Shown here: positions 13,619 through 26,640 of the stretch, piece by piece
Layout: each line of letters opens with the position of its first letter
Numbering within the stretch: position 1 is the first letter of the stretch
Source: Marsupella aquatica
Lineage: Eukaryota > Plantae > Marchantiophyta
Direction: 5' to 3'
NCBI GenBank assembly: GCA_973895155.1
Contig: OZ316895.1
Coordinates: forward strand, 3,893,659 to 3,957,658
DNA length: 64,000 bases
Translations under genes and position numbers: made by a program
The notes under the pieces: generated by a model
Told to the model about the DNA's origin: nothing
The model's input: the letters and a program-made list of their open reading frames with translations, nothing else
Databases searched by the model: none

Positions 13619-16600
13619 TAGTAGAGCTCCCAATGAGAAGAATGATACAGCAGCAGCTAGCCATGACTTTTCCTCTGAAAACTCTGAGTGAAACTCTGGG
13701 CAGCCTGGCTGCGCGCGGATTGGCCTATCTGTATCCGTCGGCTTCGATCTTGACGCGTATTAACTGTGAAAGGATCAGAACGGATAGAGGATCGAGGAAC
13801 AAGATCGACCTCGTCAGCACGTTTTAGAGAGCTTTTTGAATGCTTTTCCATTTTCTTTTCCCTCACTAAAATCTGTCCACAGTTTACTCCTAATAAGCTT
13901 GACCCATTGCGTAACTTCGATGCCTTTTTTCACGATTTTGGCAAATGGGAATTGCAAAAGTTAACGAGTTTAGTTACAGCGGGGAGATGGGATCGATGAA
14001 TTACCGCAGGAACCCACAAATTAAAGCAACGTCGTGTCAGTGACAATTTCGCTCACGTGCTTACAACTAATGCGCAGAGGATCATTCAGGGGAAGAAAAC
14101 GTTAACATGTGACAGGGTGCCACAGCTTCAAATCGTTAATGAATCGTTATCACACCAAGTCCCAGGCTCCCAGCCAGCCTGCTCCGCCAGTTCATGTAAA
14201 CCCTGATATCAAGACGAGGGAAAGAAGAAATGAGCACAGGGAAAGGAAACCGAGGGAAGGAATCATGTCTGGTTGATTGTGGAAAAGGTGAGGACTGTAG
14301 ATATTGTGATTCCCTCCAGAGTTGAAACATGTTGCGGCCATCATGTGTATGACACTCTAATTTGGTAGGTGAACAAGCAAAAGAGCACTCTCTGTCTTGA
14401 TGAGCATGATTGATGGTTTGAACGTAAATCAACAGTTGATTCAGGTGGTGTGCTGATGAGTAGCTTGGTGTGCAGTGTAGCTAAAAGCGGACGTCCATTT
14501 GAGAATCACAAGTCGACGAGCTCTGGTAGATTCATGCTCATGCAAAGTCCTACGTTGACTTGGTTCGTACTGTGCCGGGCAGGCCTTTCTCTCGAGGATC
14601 TGGTACTTGAAGAACTGTTCCAGTGGGTCAGAGGACTCTGAGCCGAAGCTCTGCATAGACGGCTCGTACAGAAGCAGCAGCTGCTAGAAAAAGCTGGACT
14701 AAGAGCTGGGTTGTTGGAACTACCCAGCTGACCGGAGCCCGCCCGGAAACACAAATAGAGCAAAACCATACATGCACGTGTACATCCGAGCTCAGTGTCC
14801 ACAGTCCGACCGCAATCTGGATAACAGTCTGAAGTTCTACTTAATCCAACTCAGTGCTCCAAACTCGTCAATGTCCATCCCCAATTACAAAACGGCGTTC
14901 AACATTCTCGGTCTGTACAGAAAACGAAACAAGTATGAGATTCGTAAAAGTCCAACTAATAGAATTCGGAAGACATGAAAAGGATGGCAGGGAATCAAGG
15001 AGGCTCCAATAGGACTCCTTTTGACATCGTGTTTCTGTCCAGGCTACGGTGCCACTGGAGTCGCTCGTGGATTCATCATTTTGTGAGAGTTACCTTAAAT
15101 GTTCCGACTGACCTGGCCGGGCCACCAAAATTGATCGCTGCCGGATGCAAGCGTGTGCTAGCAAGCAGAGATTGGTCGTTGGCCAGGTCATTGATCATCA
15201 CGGCCGCGGCCGTCAAAGCAACTTCTACAAATCCATGATGGCCATGCGGTTGAGTACTTGTGATCTTGCTTGAACAATTAGACCAACATGTCCCCCTGCC
15301 GGAGCTTGTGATTGTGTAAGCCTGGCCGGAGCTGAGCTGAAGCCATTCGGCCTTACGTACGTACTTATCTTTGCGGTCGTGCCGTACAACGATGATGATG
15401 GTCAATGGTTCAAAGGTGCAGTAAACAGCAGCTAGACGCCATGACTGGGCTTCAGACTGCTAGTGATCTTCAAACTGAAGTTTCCTTGAAGATTCCAAAA
15501 CAACCTGCGCGACATCATGCATCCGTGTTGAATCAGGCACTCAGGCTTAGAGACTTTTCCCTGACTACACTCAAAGCACAGCTTGCACGAGTACTAGATG
15601 CAACATACCTGCATCAACCTTCAAATCATCGGGCACCTACACTTTTAGGTCGACCAGGATATTACGCTACGGTTGTCCTAGGTTGACCACATGACCATGC
15701 ATCCATCCGTTCAATGTTCTGCGCAGTTGTGCTTGCACCGACCAAGCTAGCCGTTCCATTTCCATGCCAATCTCGTACTGCAGCACACTCAAATGGAAGG
15801 AAGTTCCTCGCTTGCAAGACACGGCGAGAGAATACTCCAGAGTCAGCAACGAAATGCTTACCGGCACCAAAGGATTCCCTTGAAGACCAACAACTACTTC
15901 GAGAACATTCGAATTGAAGGCCCTCCATCGTTTGGTTGGTGGGAACTTATGAATATTCATATTCTAAATCTTCTTTGCTGTGATTTTGCTCTCAAAAGAG
16001 AAACGAAAGATGACACTCTTTATGCTTCAAAGATTAGCGAAGATCGTTTGTTCAGACTATACCATTTCGACGTCTGGACATCAGTGCGATCAAACTCTAA
16101 GACATGCTGCTAAGTTACATACTGGCAGGATAAGACTAAAACTGCAATACCTACAATCTCGATTGAAGGTGATGGAGGCAAATGGAGCAGTAATGAACAT
16201 TCTTGACCAAAATAACTTCACCTGCACTACCAAGATGATGATCACTTCGATTTAAGAGGTTAACCCTCGGCACGATCATGCAAACAAGAGATTGAATTAC
16301 CTTTTGTCGTGAGTTCTGCCCATGAAGCCCGGCGGCGCAGGCCTGCTCACCATCTAGACCTTTTGGTCCTCGCAAGAACTAAAGACAAGTTGCAATTGAA
16401 ATCACACCACCTACTTCAAACTAACAAATCTTATCGAAGGACAACCACCAAGTAAACGAACTAACGGCCAAATCGAGCTCCAGGTGTTGTAGTCCCCGCG
16501 AATTGAATGTGCTGTTCAAAACAGTGCCCTAATAATGCTCGAGTCTTGTGCAAGTCGGCCAGGGTTGAAGAATCTTATCACGAACAATGAATTTTTCATA

Positions 16601-16830
16601 TTGAAGTTTGGAAACCCCACAGACATGTAAGCATACATGTGGAGCAGAATGACCAAAGAATACAACCTCGACCGAAGTGTGCAACCCAGTACAAGGGGAG
16701 GACCATGATTCCTAATTTCGAAGCGGAATCGAAGCATATGGCTCGATGGATCTCACTACCAGCGGATCATCCACTATGACTAAAATGGTGCCGCTTATGT
16801 TTACATCTGGATCTACCCCGCAGATGAATT

Positions 16831-16964
16831 TCGCAAATCCAAGTCCGACCTATCAATACATAGTCGATCAAGGAAACTATACAGTAAAAGACATGATTCG
16901 CAAATCCAAGTCCGACCTATCAATACATAGTCGATCAAGGAAACTATACAGTAAAAGACATGAT
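16831..16964. repeat. Perfect 67-bp tandem duplication
   Basis: tcgcaaatccaagtccgacc...gtaaaagacatgat at 16831-16897 and 16898-16964. Confidence 0.9.
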
Positions 16965-17595
16965 ATACGTATTGGAGTTTTTTCTTCGCATATAACTGAA
17001 CAATCACTATTCTTGCTAGCGAATTTCACTAACACAAATTCAGTGCGGCAATCGATTCCTGCCGACACTGAATCAAGAGCTTCGAGTAGTTAGCTAGCTC
17101 GACGCATCTTCCTCCGGATAGTGGAGGTAAATACGTGTAAATTACATAGATTTGGAGTCAACGATTAGAACGTGTAGCCAGGCGGCCCTGAGGAAGAGTT
17201 GCTCCAATGGTTTGGTACTCGCTGCGACCAGCACATGATAGGTCAGCGAGTTTCTTCCTCGTACGTATACAAAGCCTGGTCTGGTGGGTTTCGTTGAAGC
17301 TAAATCGATTAGAAGAATTTGCAACTTAGCCGGGTAAGGATGACGATTGACGAGGTCGTATTATATATACCACGCGCATTCTCTCGATCGGTTCGATTCC
17401 GACGGCATTCTTTATAATTGTAGAGTACTCGTACACCTCGATACCAGCCATGGGCCAGCTTCCATCATTCTGTCGAGACGGACTTGCCCGTGGGTAAATA
17501 TGTATGTATATGTAGACTGATTGGTACCGAATCCATATATGATCAGTTAGAAAACTTCAGAACGAACACTCAACGATTCAACCGATTCATCGCAG

Positions 17596-17934
17596 CTAAG
17601 GAGAACTAACTGCGTTGCTCCCTGGACTCGGGCCCCTTGGTGGAGGTTTCGTGTTTCGTGGGAGCATTTGAAACACGGCTGGCAATACGACTTCGCTCTC
17701 TGTCGTTGAAGATTCGGACTGCTCCCCTTGCCCTAGAGATTGCAACGATCGATGTAGCTGTTCAGCTCCAGCTCCAATCGTGGTTCCGGACACAGCTGAC
17801 AGTTTCCTACTGAATGAAGCCGACCAGGACTCTTCTGGAATTGCCCTGCTACATAGTACCGGCAACGATCCATAGACGAGCAGCAAGCTGATGATGACAA
17901 TCCCCGAAAATCTCGACGCTACATGGGTTGACAT
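17596..17934 (-). CDS. IDA/IDL-like small secreted peptide precursor (112 aa)
   Basis: Signal peptide (GIVIISLLLVYGSLPVLCS-RAIP), basic RKL site, C-terminal 20-mer FQMLPRNTKPPPRGPSPGSN (17614-17673) matching the EPIP register. Shares LPR..GPS.GSNAV and SSTTE with the 9115-9567 ORF. Confidence 0.85.
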   Translation of the reverse strand: MSTHVASRFSGIVIISLLLVYGSLPVLCSRAIPEESWSASFSRKLSAVSGTTIGAGAEQLHRSLQSLGQGEQSESSTTESEVVLPAVFQMLPRNTKPPPRGPSPGSNAVSSP

Positions 17935-19639
17935 GACGAACGCTGAATAGGTGGAATGATGGACTGATCAGTGACTATGGTCAACCCAATTGCTCAGCGG
18001 GAGGAAGATCGCACGAATGATTCTGTTCAGCTACTAGAAAAACGATCCGACCAACGATTATCGAGTAGTTTCGTCGAGGACCGACACAAACTAGGGGAAA
18101 TCTAAGTAAGTCCCCTAAAAACAAGACTCGGAGATCCGGGAGTGCAACACCCAAAGAGGAGGTTGCCGGCTAGGAAGAAGATAGAAAAGATGCAAGCGAG
18201 TGCGAGAGACAAATCCAGAGCGCAGGTTTGGTCCCCGGGTTGCGAGACAAAGCTTGCAGGGAAGACGAATGATCATACTGCTGCAGCCTGCTTTAATTTC
18301 AAGGAGCCAGCAGATTTGTTTCGTAGCTCCTACCCGCAAATTGCTGGGACAGTGGGATGTGGGCCTGCCTCTAGTCGACGTCAGATTTGCCACATACATT
18401 GATCTACAGTGACCATAAACTTGTCGCTCATGCTAGCTTCGCGGTCGGGTGAGGATGTCCAATATTCGTGATCAGATTTTGTGCCTTTCAGCAATTCAAC
18501 TCGGGCAGGCCGAAGATGCTCATGGGAAACCAATTCGGCTGGGCTTGGGCTGGGTAGAAAACCTTCCTCTTTTTTGAGCTTGGTTTGGAGCGGAGGAGAA
18601 AAGTTACTCCTATTTCGTTCACGTGCCTTCCTACTTTCGACCTATGTCGTCCATTGCACATCCCGCGGACTCTCTCTCTCTGCTCTCTCTCTACTGCACA
18701 TTGTATTCTACGGTAGGACCTCTACCTCTACAGTTTTCTCACAGTAGTGAGGTGCCGCACTGCCCACCATACCTTATTGCTCTACCTCCTAGCCCGCTAG
18801 CTAGGCAGCCCTCGATCTATAGCTTGTTCTGCCATCGCTTACTCTCCAGGCTGCCTGGCTAGGTCTTGCACAACTGGTCCACCAGCCTAAAAAATTCCTT
18901 TGGTTGTAGTTCACATCGCCATGGCTTTGGTTTATTCCCTTTTGCGGCCTTGAAACATTTCACTCGAGGCAGAACGAGAAACACCATAAATGGCTTTCCC
19001 CCCGGCTTTCTCTTGATTGATTACGTATCAAGTAGACGTGCTGCATCCTTGATTCTGTCGTCGATTGGCTTGGTCAGGGGCTCATTTCCAATGCTTCTCC
19101 ACTGCTTTCTCCATAGCCACTCCAGTCATGCAACGCGTCTTGTAATTTTTTGGCAAAGAGCCCTCGAAACCACTGTCTTCACCTTGATTCATGAACCTCA
19201 CAGGCTCACACCTACGCCAGCACTGACTTTCAGGATACTTGCAGAGTTTATCTGCAGATTCCGACTTTCTATGGCTGACGACTGAAACCACTTGATAAAA
19301 AATACTTTATTTTCAAGAATCGTTCCAAAGCCAAGCATGTGATGTTTGGCCTAGAATAGAAATCTTGTCCTCTTGTTCATACCTTCCCTCGCACAAAGTC
19401 CACGGAAAGGCGTATCTCCAAGATTATGATTGACAGCGGTAGATCACCTGGGTAGATCAAACCTGGATTATGATGCTGGCGTCCAACAAGACATTTGGTG
19501 AAGGCCATAGGTCAGGTCCTATGTACACAAAATTTCCAGTGCTAATCTCTCCAGTGCATGATCAGCCTTTTATCAAATCCAACAACACCCCGCGCGGTTA
19601 AGGTTGCCCCGTTTTCCTGGGGCCCCGTAGACTGCCCGT

Positions 19640-20830
19640 CCCAGTCCCCAATGTTGTTGCCGAGTTTGCCAAAACATAGAGTTTGCCAAAATATAAACTA
19701 GTACTCTTACCATTTTGTCACCCGCTCTGGCCAGATCAACTTTGTGTAATCAACTTTGGATTTATATTCTAGCATCATTCACTTGTTATCGCTCGCTCTG
19801 GCCCTATCAACTTTGTGCCATCAAGTTCTTCCTCGTGGAGTTGTGGTTTATGTTTTGACAACACTTCTTTCCAATAGCTTAGTAATACTTGCTCCATAAG
19901 AGAGTCTAAGGGTCTAATACTTTGGTTAAAGTGTCATGATTGATAGAGTCTTGGTTCATGATATCCAAATGCTCTTCTCTATGGAGTTGTGGTTTATGTT
20001 GTATCGACATTTATTTCCAACGGATTTATGCTGGCTTCGTAACAGAGTCTATGTGTTGCAAAGCCTAGTACTTTGATTAAGTGTCATATATGATTGATAG
20101 AGTCTTAGTTGATGTTCTGCCAAATTTTGTGTTCTGTCAACACTTCCTTCCAAAGGAGTCTATTGGGGTGAAAAAATAAATAAATAAGTTGTTTGTATAA
20201 GTTGGTTAGTGTTTGTAGCTCAGTGGAATGTTTGTTTAGTAATAGAGTCTAGGTATTCAGGTAAAGCCTACTACTTCCAGATAAAAGTTATGATTAATGA
20301 GAGTCTTAATTTATGTTTTGGCAAACTTGGACGTCTTAATTTATGTTTTGGCAAACTTGGGCCGGAGCAGTAGCCGCATCTTGGACTTGGGCTGGAGCTT
20401 GGGGGCTCACTATATGGATGTCTCCCTATCACCTGTGACTTTTTTAGGCTTCGGACCCCTGAAATGTAAGATAAAAAAATTATTTTTCAGCCCCTATAAA
20501 GTTGGAATATTCCAAAATTTTGGTTATAAGGACCCTAATGTCTCAAGATTTGATTTAAAAGATACTATTATTCTTTTCAGAAAAATTCTTAAGTCTTTCA
20601 TTTGAACCAATAAAATGACCTTATATTTTGTGGCATGTGATGTACCATTTTTGTAAAAGTGAAACCCCCGAGAGCTGAAGTGGTGACAACAAGTGAAAGG
20701 TGCTAGAATATAAACCCAAAGTCCATGGCACAGAGTGGATTGGGCCAGAACGGGTGACAAAATGGTAAAATATTGGTTTTATGTTTTGGCAAACTTGGGC
20801 CGGAACAGGCAGCACTATTGGGGACTTGGG
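19640..20830. mobile_element. Foldback-type element with ~150-bp imperfect terminal inverted repeats
   Basis: 19640-19790 (ccagtccccaat..gtttgccaaaa..ttaccattttgtcacccgctctggcc..tatattctagca..ttcacttgtt) is the reverse complement of 20680-20830. A MITE is nested inside. Confidence 0.7.
20398..20672. mobile_element. Second copy of the 4425-4721 MITE
   Basis: Colinear with 4425-4721 along its length and ends gtgaaacccccgag; degenerate 8-bp TSD ggctggag / agctgaag. Confidence 0.8.
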
Positions 20831-20929
20831 TGGGCAGAGTACAAGGCTCCAGAAAAATTGGGGAACACCTGTTATAGATTTAACGCATGGTGCAACAACA
20901 AGGAGCATGCTTTATGAAGTTGAACACAT

Positions 20930-21280
20930 GAACCTGTTGGCGGGAACCCGGGTTCGTCCCACGATATTGCACCCTCAAAAGGGTTAAATATTTCTTTTAC
21001 AAACTAGTGTCCGTACTTGCATTTAATGCTGCAAAACCTACTATCTCTGCACTGACAGGACGAGATTCGAACCTAGCACCTGATGACTCCCACCCAAGCA
21101 TTTTAACCAGCGAGATACTACTCGAGGTGTACTAGTTGAAATGTCGAAAACTTATATAAACAGTTAAAATGCTTTGTTACTTTGTGAAATTTCACCCTCA
21201 CCCTTTTCTCATTGGCCCTCAATGAAGTTCGTGGCGGGCTTCGGGTTCCAATGTGAACCCGGGTTCCCGCTAACAGGTTC
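20930..21280. mobile_element. 351-bp MITE with 26-bp TIRs and 4-bp TSD (ACAT), containing a tRNA-like segment
   Basis: TIR gaacctgttggcgggaacccgggttc (20930-20955) versus 21255-21280 with 1 mismatch; acat at 20926-20929 and 21281-21284. Confidence 0.8.
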
Positions 21281-24200
21281 ACATAATGGAATATGGCAAG
21301 CCCACCACGTTCGGCCATTTCAATAGAGCATTTATTGTTCATCCCTCAGGAAAAGGAGACCAATTTATTGTTCGTCCCTCACGAAAAGGACACCAATGAG
21401 AGATTGTCACTTTTTAAGGGTCTCTCTTTTAGAATGTTTCTCTTGCATGTAACTGTACACTCTTTCAAAAGTGAATTGATAGGCACTTCAGTGCCCACTC
21501 AAGCCCACTTTCTCTGTAGTTGAAGATGGCCTTTCTTTCCCTATCTATTAACTATGATGAAGATTCTTTTGGAAACATAGAAAGAGTTTGCATTCCTTGT
21601 TTGGTTGAAGAATGCGGGAGGTGTCATATAATGCGAGCAAATTATAGGAATTTTGATACGGAGTCATCACGGCAGTGGACGGGTTTAAATTTATTTGCTT
21701 TTTGCTGCCTTTTTTTCATTTTTTAAAGACTCCAAAGGGGAGTCCCCAAAGTGGATGTTACCAACCAGGTTGTTGATAGCTTGGCAGTTGGATATAGAAA
21801 ATAGAGGTCATGCAAGTAAATTTTTTGTTTGTGCATGAGTAAATATTTTACTGTTTCCTCGCAAACTAGAGTACTCATCTATGTTACCAATGTGTCTTCT
21901 TTTGGTCAATCAATTGTTTCCCAAGAATTCAGCTAACCACTGTCTACATGGAATGTTAGGGCATATGAAATCTTGGGGCGCTTATACAAAAGACCATTTG
22001 TAACTTAATATAGTCTCGTGATTAAGGGAACCACATTACAACGAGCATATTGTAGTGCCTCGCTTTTGCCATCAGGTGGTTTCCCCACAAAGTCTGTATC
22101 CCATAGAGATCCATCATCTCGTCATTATTGGACATTATATATAGCATAACGTAGGGCCGCATTTTTGCAATCAGGTGAGGACAACCTAGTGCCTCATTTT
22201 TGCCAATCAGGGGTGTCCCCAGAAAATCTATATCCATTAGCAATCCATCGCACAGGAATGTTGAAAACAAGGGCATGCGTATAGTTTGTTCTGAACCAGT
22301 ACTAAATTCAAAATCTTATATCGAAAAGGGTCCCCTTGGATAGATGCAGAACGCCACACAATTCCACTGCAGAAATAATTGTAAATTACTAGCCTGAATG
22401 TTTTTTAGCTTCTGCTCTAGATAGCTGGTTAGTGCCTTTCTGCACCTTTCCAATTCCACGCCCCCAACCGTAGCTGTGCCCGAGAGTCCCAGTCTAAATG
22501 ATTCACTCTCAACAGGGTCTAGATGCTACACTCTAAACCTTAGACCTTATATATCCTAGCTGCCTTTTGATCAGGCTTTATCAGATAGATAAGTATTGGC
22601 GAGTATGCATCTACATGACTGTGTAGTATGTGGTGAGCCAATTCAATGCAGGTTATGTCTGCCTTTCCCGTTGGTAAGATCTGCTTTAAGGTTTTTGATT
22701 TAACGTCAATCCCTCGACCATAGTCGATTGCTAATCTGGTAAATCTGTGATGTGAAACATTACACGGTATGGAATTGTGTATTTTCGTGGCACTAACAAA
22801 AACGAGAAGTAAGAGTGAGAATGTGACGTCAGATTGGAAGCGATCATGAACTTCGTATGTCGTAGATGTATCGTGCTCCGCCTCTTACAGTAGGTGGGTG
22901 GCCAGTAGATCACGACTATGACAGAAAGGTGCACTCTTTCTTCCGTGAAGCCCGTTCACTCCATCATCTCTCGTGCTCGTGCTTCGTCCCTCGTCTCTCT
23001 CGTGAGTCGATCTTGGGTCCCGAATCCCAATGGAGGTCGAATGTCAAAGCACAAGTGTCCAGGCCACACAGCATCAAGATTCTTCTAGCGGAGCTGTTCA
23101 GAATTTCTTGGAGTCACACGGGCAACACCTACGGAATCTTAACACTTAGCTCCCCACTGAGTCCAATTCTTCAACCTGACAGGTGTTTTAAAGCCTCCGA
23201 TGTCGAGGATATTTCCCAACTTTTACATGCGGCTGGCTTTGGCTTGATTTTCTTAAGTCCCATTGCCCCAGTTACCTCGATTTTTCTAGCTGGGGTCGTT
23301 TGCAATCTCGTGTTCTCTGCCCCTTGCTCCTACTGGGCACCTTGGACTTCAATTCTTAACATATGTCCAGCCATTGAACGTTGGAACTCGCCATAACTAT
23401 AGGACTTGGGTGAGCCTCATTCCGGACATGGACACCAATGCTGCTATGAAATAAACTTGATGTCTCATCCCCCAGCATAATAATATGCAAAGGCAAAAGA
23501 ATATATCAGCAATACTTGGAAATCAGATGAAGGAGGTCCTCGGCAAACTCCAAAACAAGTTTTAATGAACACTAATGATAGCACTTAAAATCTCTATAGC
23601 CTACAGCTGGAGGAGAAACCTGGCTTCCCTTTGTTCGAATCAAGAAAATGACCCGTTGGATGGATATGCTTGACCTCCCTTCGGCGTTTTTGTTCCTTTG
23701 CAGTTATTTATATACTTTCTGTTAAAGCTGTGTCCTTCTTACAGTACTGTGGTTTCGTCAACGGTGACATGCGCTGCACGTCCAGTCCGCAGTCAAACGC
23801 AGGCATGCATAAACGCCGCAAAAGCCTGTTCGTATTTTCTTCAACTTGAATCTCTCGAACGAATGCAATAGGATACCTTGCGACGAAGTTTTCGTAGCCG
23901 AATCACTTTCTTCTTTAATTTCCTTTTAAATCCACAGATCTGATTACACGACATGTAAGCTCCGATCGTCAGCTGCACCTTGGCCATTTCTGACAAAGAA
24001 AATCATGTGATCCCAGGTTAATAGCTAGTACCCTTACGTTGTTCCACGCCGGTACTCAACCTAATCTCCCTGATAGCAGCTTAAAAATTGTTGCTGTGAT
24101 TGGGATTAGACTTGGATATACTGATGCAATTCACCAGCCGGGTATATCAATCTGAGCTTTAAGCTTCGATAGGATGATCCAACCAGTTTCGCCATAGGGT

Positions 24201-25795
24201 AGGATGTCCCAGAACTGTAGCTGAGTGAATTTACTAACCATCCACGACAAAGTAACATAGAGCTTCCCGTGTTCTAATACCTAGTCAACGCTGACAGTTA
24301 GCTCACATGCGAGCTTACATGCTTGCAGATTTGTGACTCACTCTATTCCTCGCTTACTATGAGAGTTACAGTAGTTTACAAGAGGTACTCTACAGTGGAT
24401 GATCGGACATGCGTAACTAGACCTCAGAAATCTTTCTTATTGAGTCTGAGAAATCCATGTGGACAACTTCCTTTGACCATTCAGCAAGGGCTTGAATTTG
24501 CCAAGCAATTCTGATATTTCTAATTCTTTCACGGTTGTTCGTATATTGATTTGTGAGATATATTTCGCTGGAATTTTAAACTAGCTCGATCTCGCTGACA
24601 AAGAGTTTTCCTGTCCAGCAAACCACACGTGATTGATTACCTTTGGCTCCACTGGACTGACTCCTTTACAGTATTCTGGAATCGCAACTTTCTCTCTAGG
24701 GATCCTCCAGGGCCTGGATGACCTACCTGATACTCAATCCAAGGCCACGATTGACGTACCATCTACTGTCAATGCTTTTCATTCACCGAAAGCATTTGAC
24801 ATTCTGGTTTCAGTACGCGTCTTACGCATAGTCTTAGTGGCTTCTCACAAGGTGTCCAAAAGTGATGATCACGGATTACTTCACTTTCGGTGTCTGATGT
24901 ACATTCTCGATAGTACAATCTCGGTGTCCTTCACCCATCGTTGTGCTCAATTCCAAAGTCCAAGTTCTAGTCGACGTCCAAAATTATCCATTCAACCCAG
25001 TTTTCCAGCCATGTGCGCTCTGGCCACGTTAGGATGCACTTACGATGAACTTCGTCTTCTGTAATGCTCGAATCCTCGATAGTCCTAGGCACTGTTCATT
25101 TGGGATAGCTTCATGCCGTAAGTTCCGTGTCGGTGAATGACCCCTTCAACCCCATCTGACAGTCACGCAAATCAGGAAGGGATCCTCTAAATACAGTCTC
25201 CTAAAACCAGAATTGAGGTGGAGATAAAGCCACTAAGCCAGAGCGACAACGCCGATGATCGTGGCAACCAGGCGTTTGCTTCGTCCTCCTAAAGACAGGC
25301 ACTAGCTCACTCAGCCAGAGCGCTCCATGTGACCCCCTTGACTTTTGGCGATTGACGGTACGTCCAAGCGTTCAAGCGCCTTGAGATAATTATGTCCAGA
25401 TTTTCATTCCAGCATGGGCGGGGCCTTAGGGGGACAGAAAAACATTCTCCAAATCGGACTGCTCCGCGGAAATTGCTCCTCAGCTGCTGCTGCTCGCATT
25501 TGGGAGGTCTCCTTTTCGTCTTTTCTTTCGTCAATTCGTCCTCTACTCCTCTCCCACTCTCCCAGCTCTCTCTCCGGGCTCTCCTTCTCCTAGTGGGTCG
25601 CTCTCGATTGATCCATTCATCATAGTCTATTATTTAGCTGAATGATTTAGGGTCCCCGGCCCTCCGTCCTGTCGGTCCCCTTCCGGCAATACCGGTGGAT
25701 AACTTACTGTCCTTCTTCTGACGCACAAGACAGCCGGTCATAGTTTGATGTCCCTCAAACAAACAAAACAAATAGTCTAAGCTATCGATCTTGTA

Positions 25796-25902
25796 TACAA
25801 ATAGGCTTGATAATTGTCATCTGGCATACAAATAGGCTTGATAATTGCTATCTGGCATACAAATAGGCTTGATAATTGCTATCTGGCATACAAATAGGCT
25901 TG
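25796..25902. repeat. 31-bp minisatellite, ~3.4 copies
   Basis: tacaaataggcttgataattgctatctggca repeated head-to-tail. Confidence 0.9.
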
Positions 25903-26014
25903 TCTAAGTGCTCTGTTGCATATGACACTGTTGGTCTAGAGCTATCGTCCAGAACAAGCACAACCAGGTCCCAGGTTCCAGAAGGTTCAAGGTCTGACCA
26001 AGCAGAGTTTTTGG

Positions 26015-26640
26015 CTGCACAAACTAAAAGAGCACTTGGGACAAGAGACCCAACCATGGTTACCCTATCCCTCAATACACAATATATGTAGTGAGGTCCC
26101 ATGTTTGGTTGCATAAACTAAAGGAGCACTGGTGTAGGTCTCCAACGTACAAAGCCAGCTGTAACTACCCTGTGGCAAAAGACCTAACCACAGGACCTTA
26201 CCATACCCTCGATACACACAGTCTGAGGTGAGGTCCCACATTATGTTGCACAAACTAAAAGAGCACTTTTGGCTGTCTCCCATATAGTCCCTTGCCCCAT
26301 ATAGTCAGTCACCTGTCTGTATTTGTGACATTGAGAAGACCCAACCATGGACACCTTCATAAACAGCGTATTGAGGTGAGGTCCAACATTTGGTTCCACA
26401 AACCAAATTGTCAAGCACTTTGCTTCTTTCCCGTGCAACTATAGTCATCTGTAAAATTGTGCGATAAACGACCCAATCACAGTTACTTACGCTACTAATC
26501 CCTTCATACACCCCATATGGGGTAACTAAGGTCTTACTCTTTGGTCACACAAGCTAAGTAATCAAGCATTTGTGTCTGTCTCCCATATAATCGTCTGTTT
26601 GTATTTGTGACAAAAGACCCACCCACAGTTACCCTACCCC
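26015..26640. repeat. Degenerate tandem repeat array
   Basis: Recurring cacaaactaaaagagcactt, agacccaaccatgg, gtgaggtcc and tgtctcccatata motifs. Confidence 0.6.

Noticed and set aside
13330-13827. 165-aa ORF with a repeated Cys-containing motif
   Set aside because: The repeat comes from a DNA tandem duplication; TTG start and no recognisable domain.
21054-21121. Functional tRNA gene
   Set aside because: Only A/B-box-like pieces; I cannot fold a convincing acceptor or anticodon stem.
22866-25064. 176-aa and 143-aa ORFs
   Set aside because: No motifs, no splice pattern and no similarity that I can recognise.
25796-25902. 31-bp repeats resembling a CRISPR repeat length
   Set aside because: Units are head-to-tail with no unique spacers, there are no cas genes, and the context is eukaryotic.
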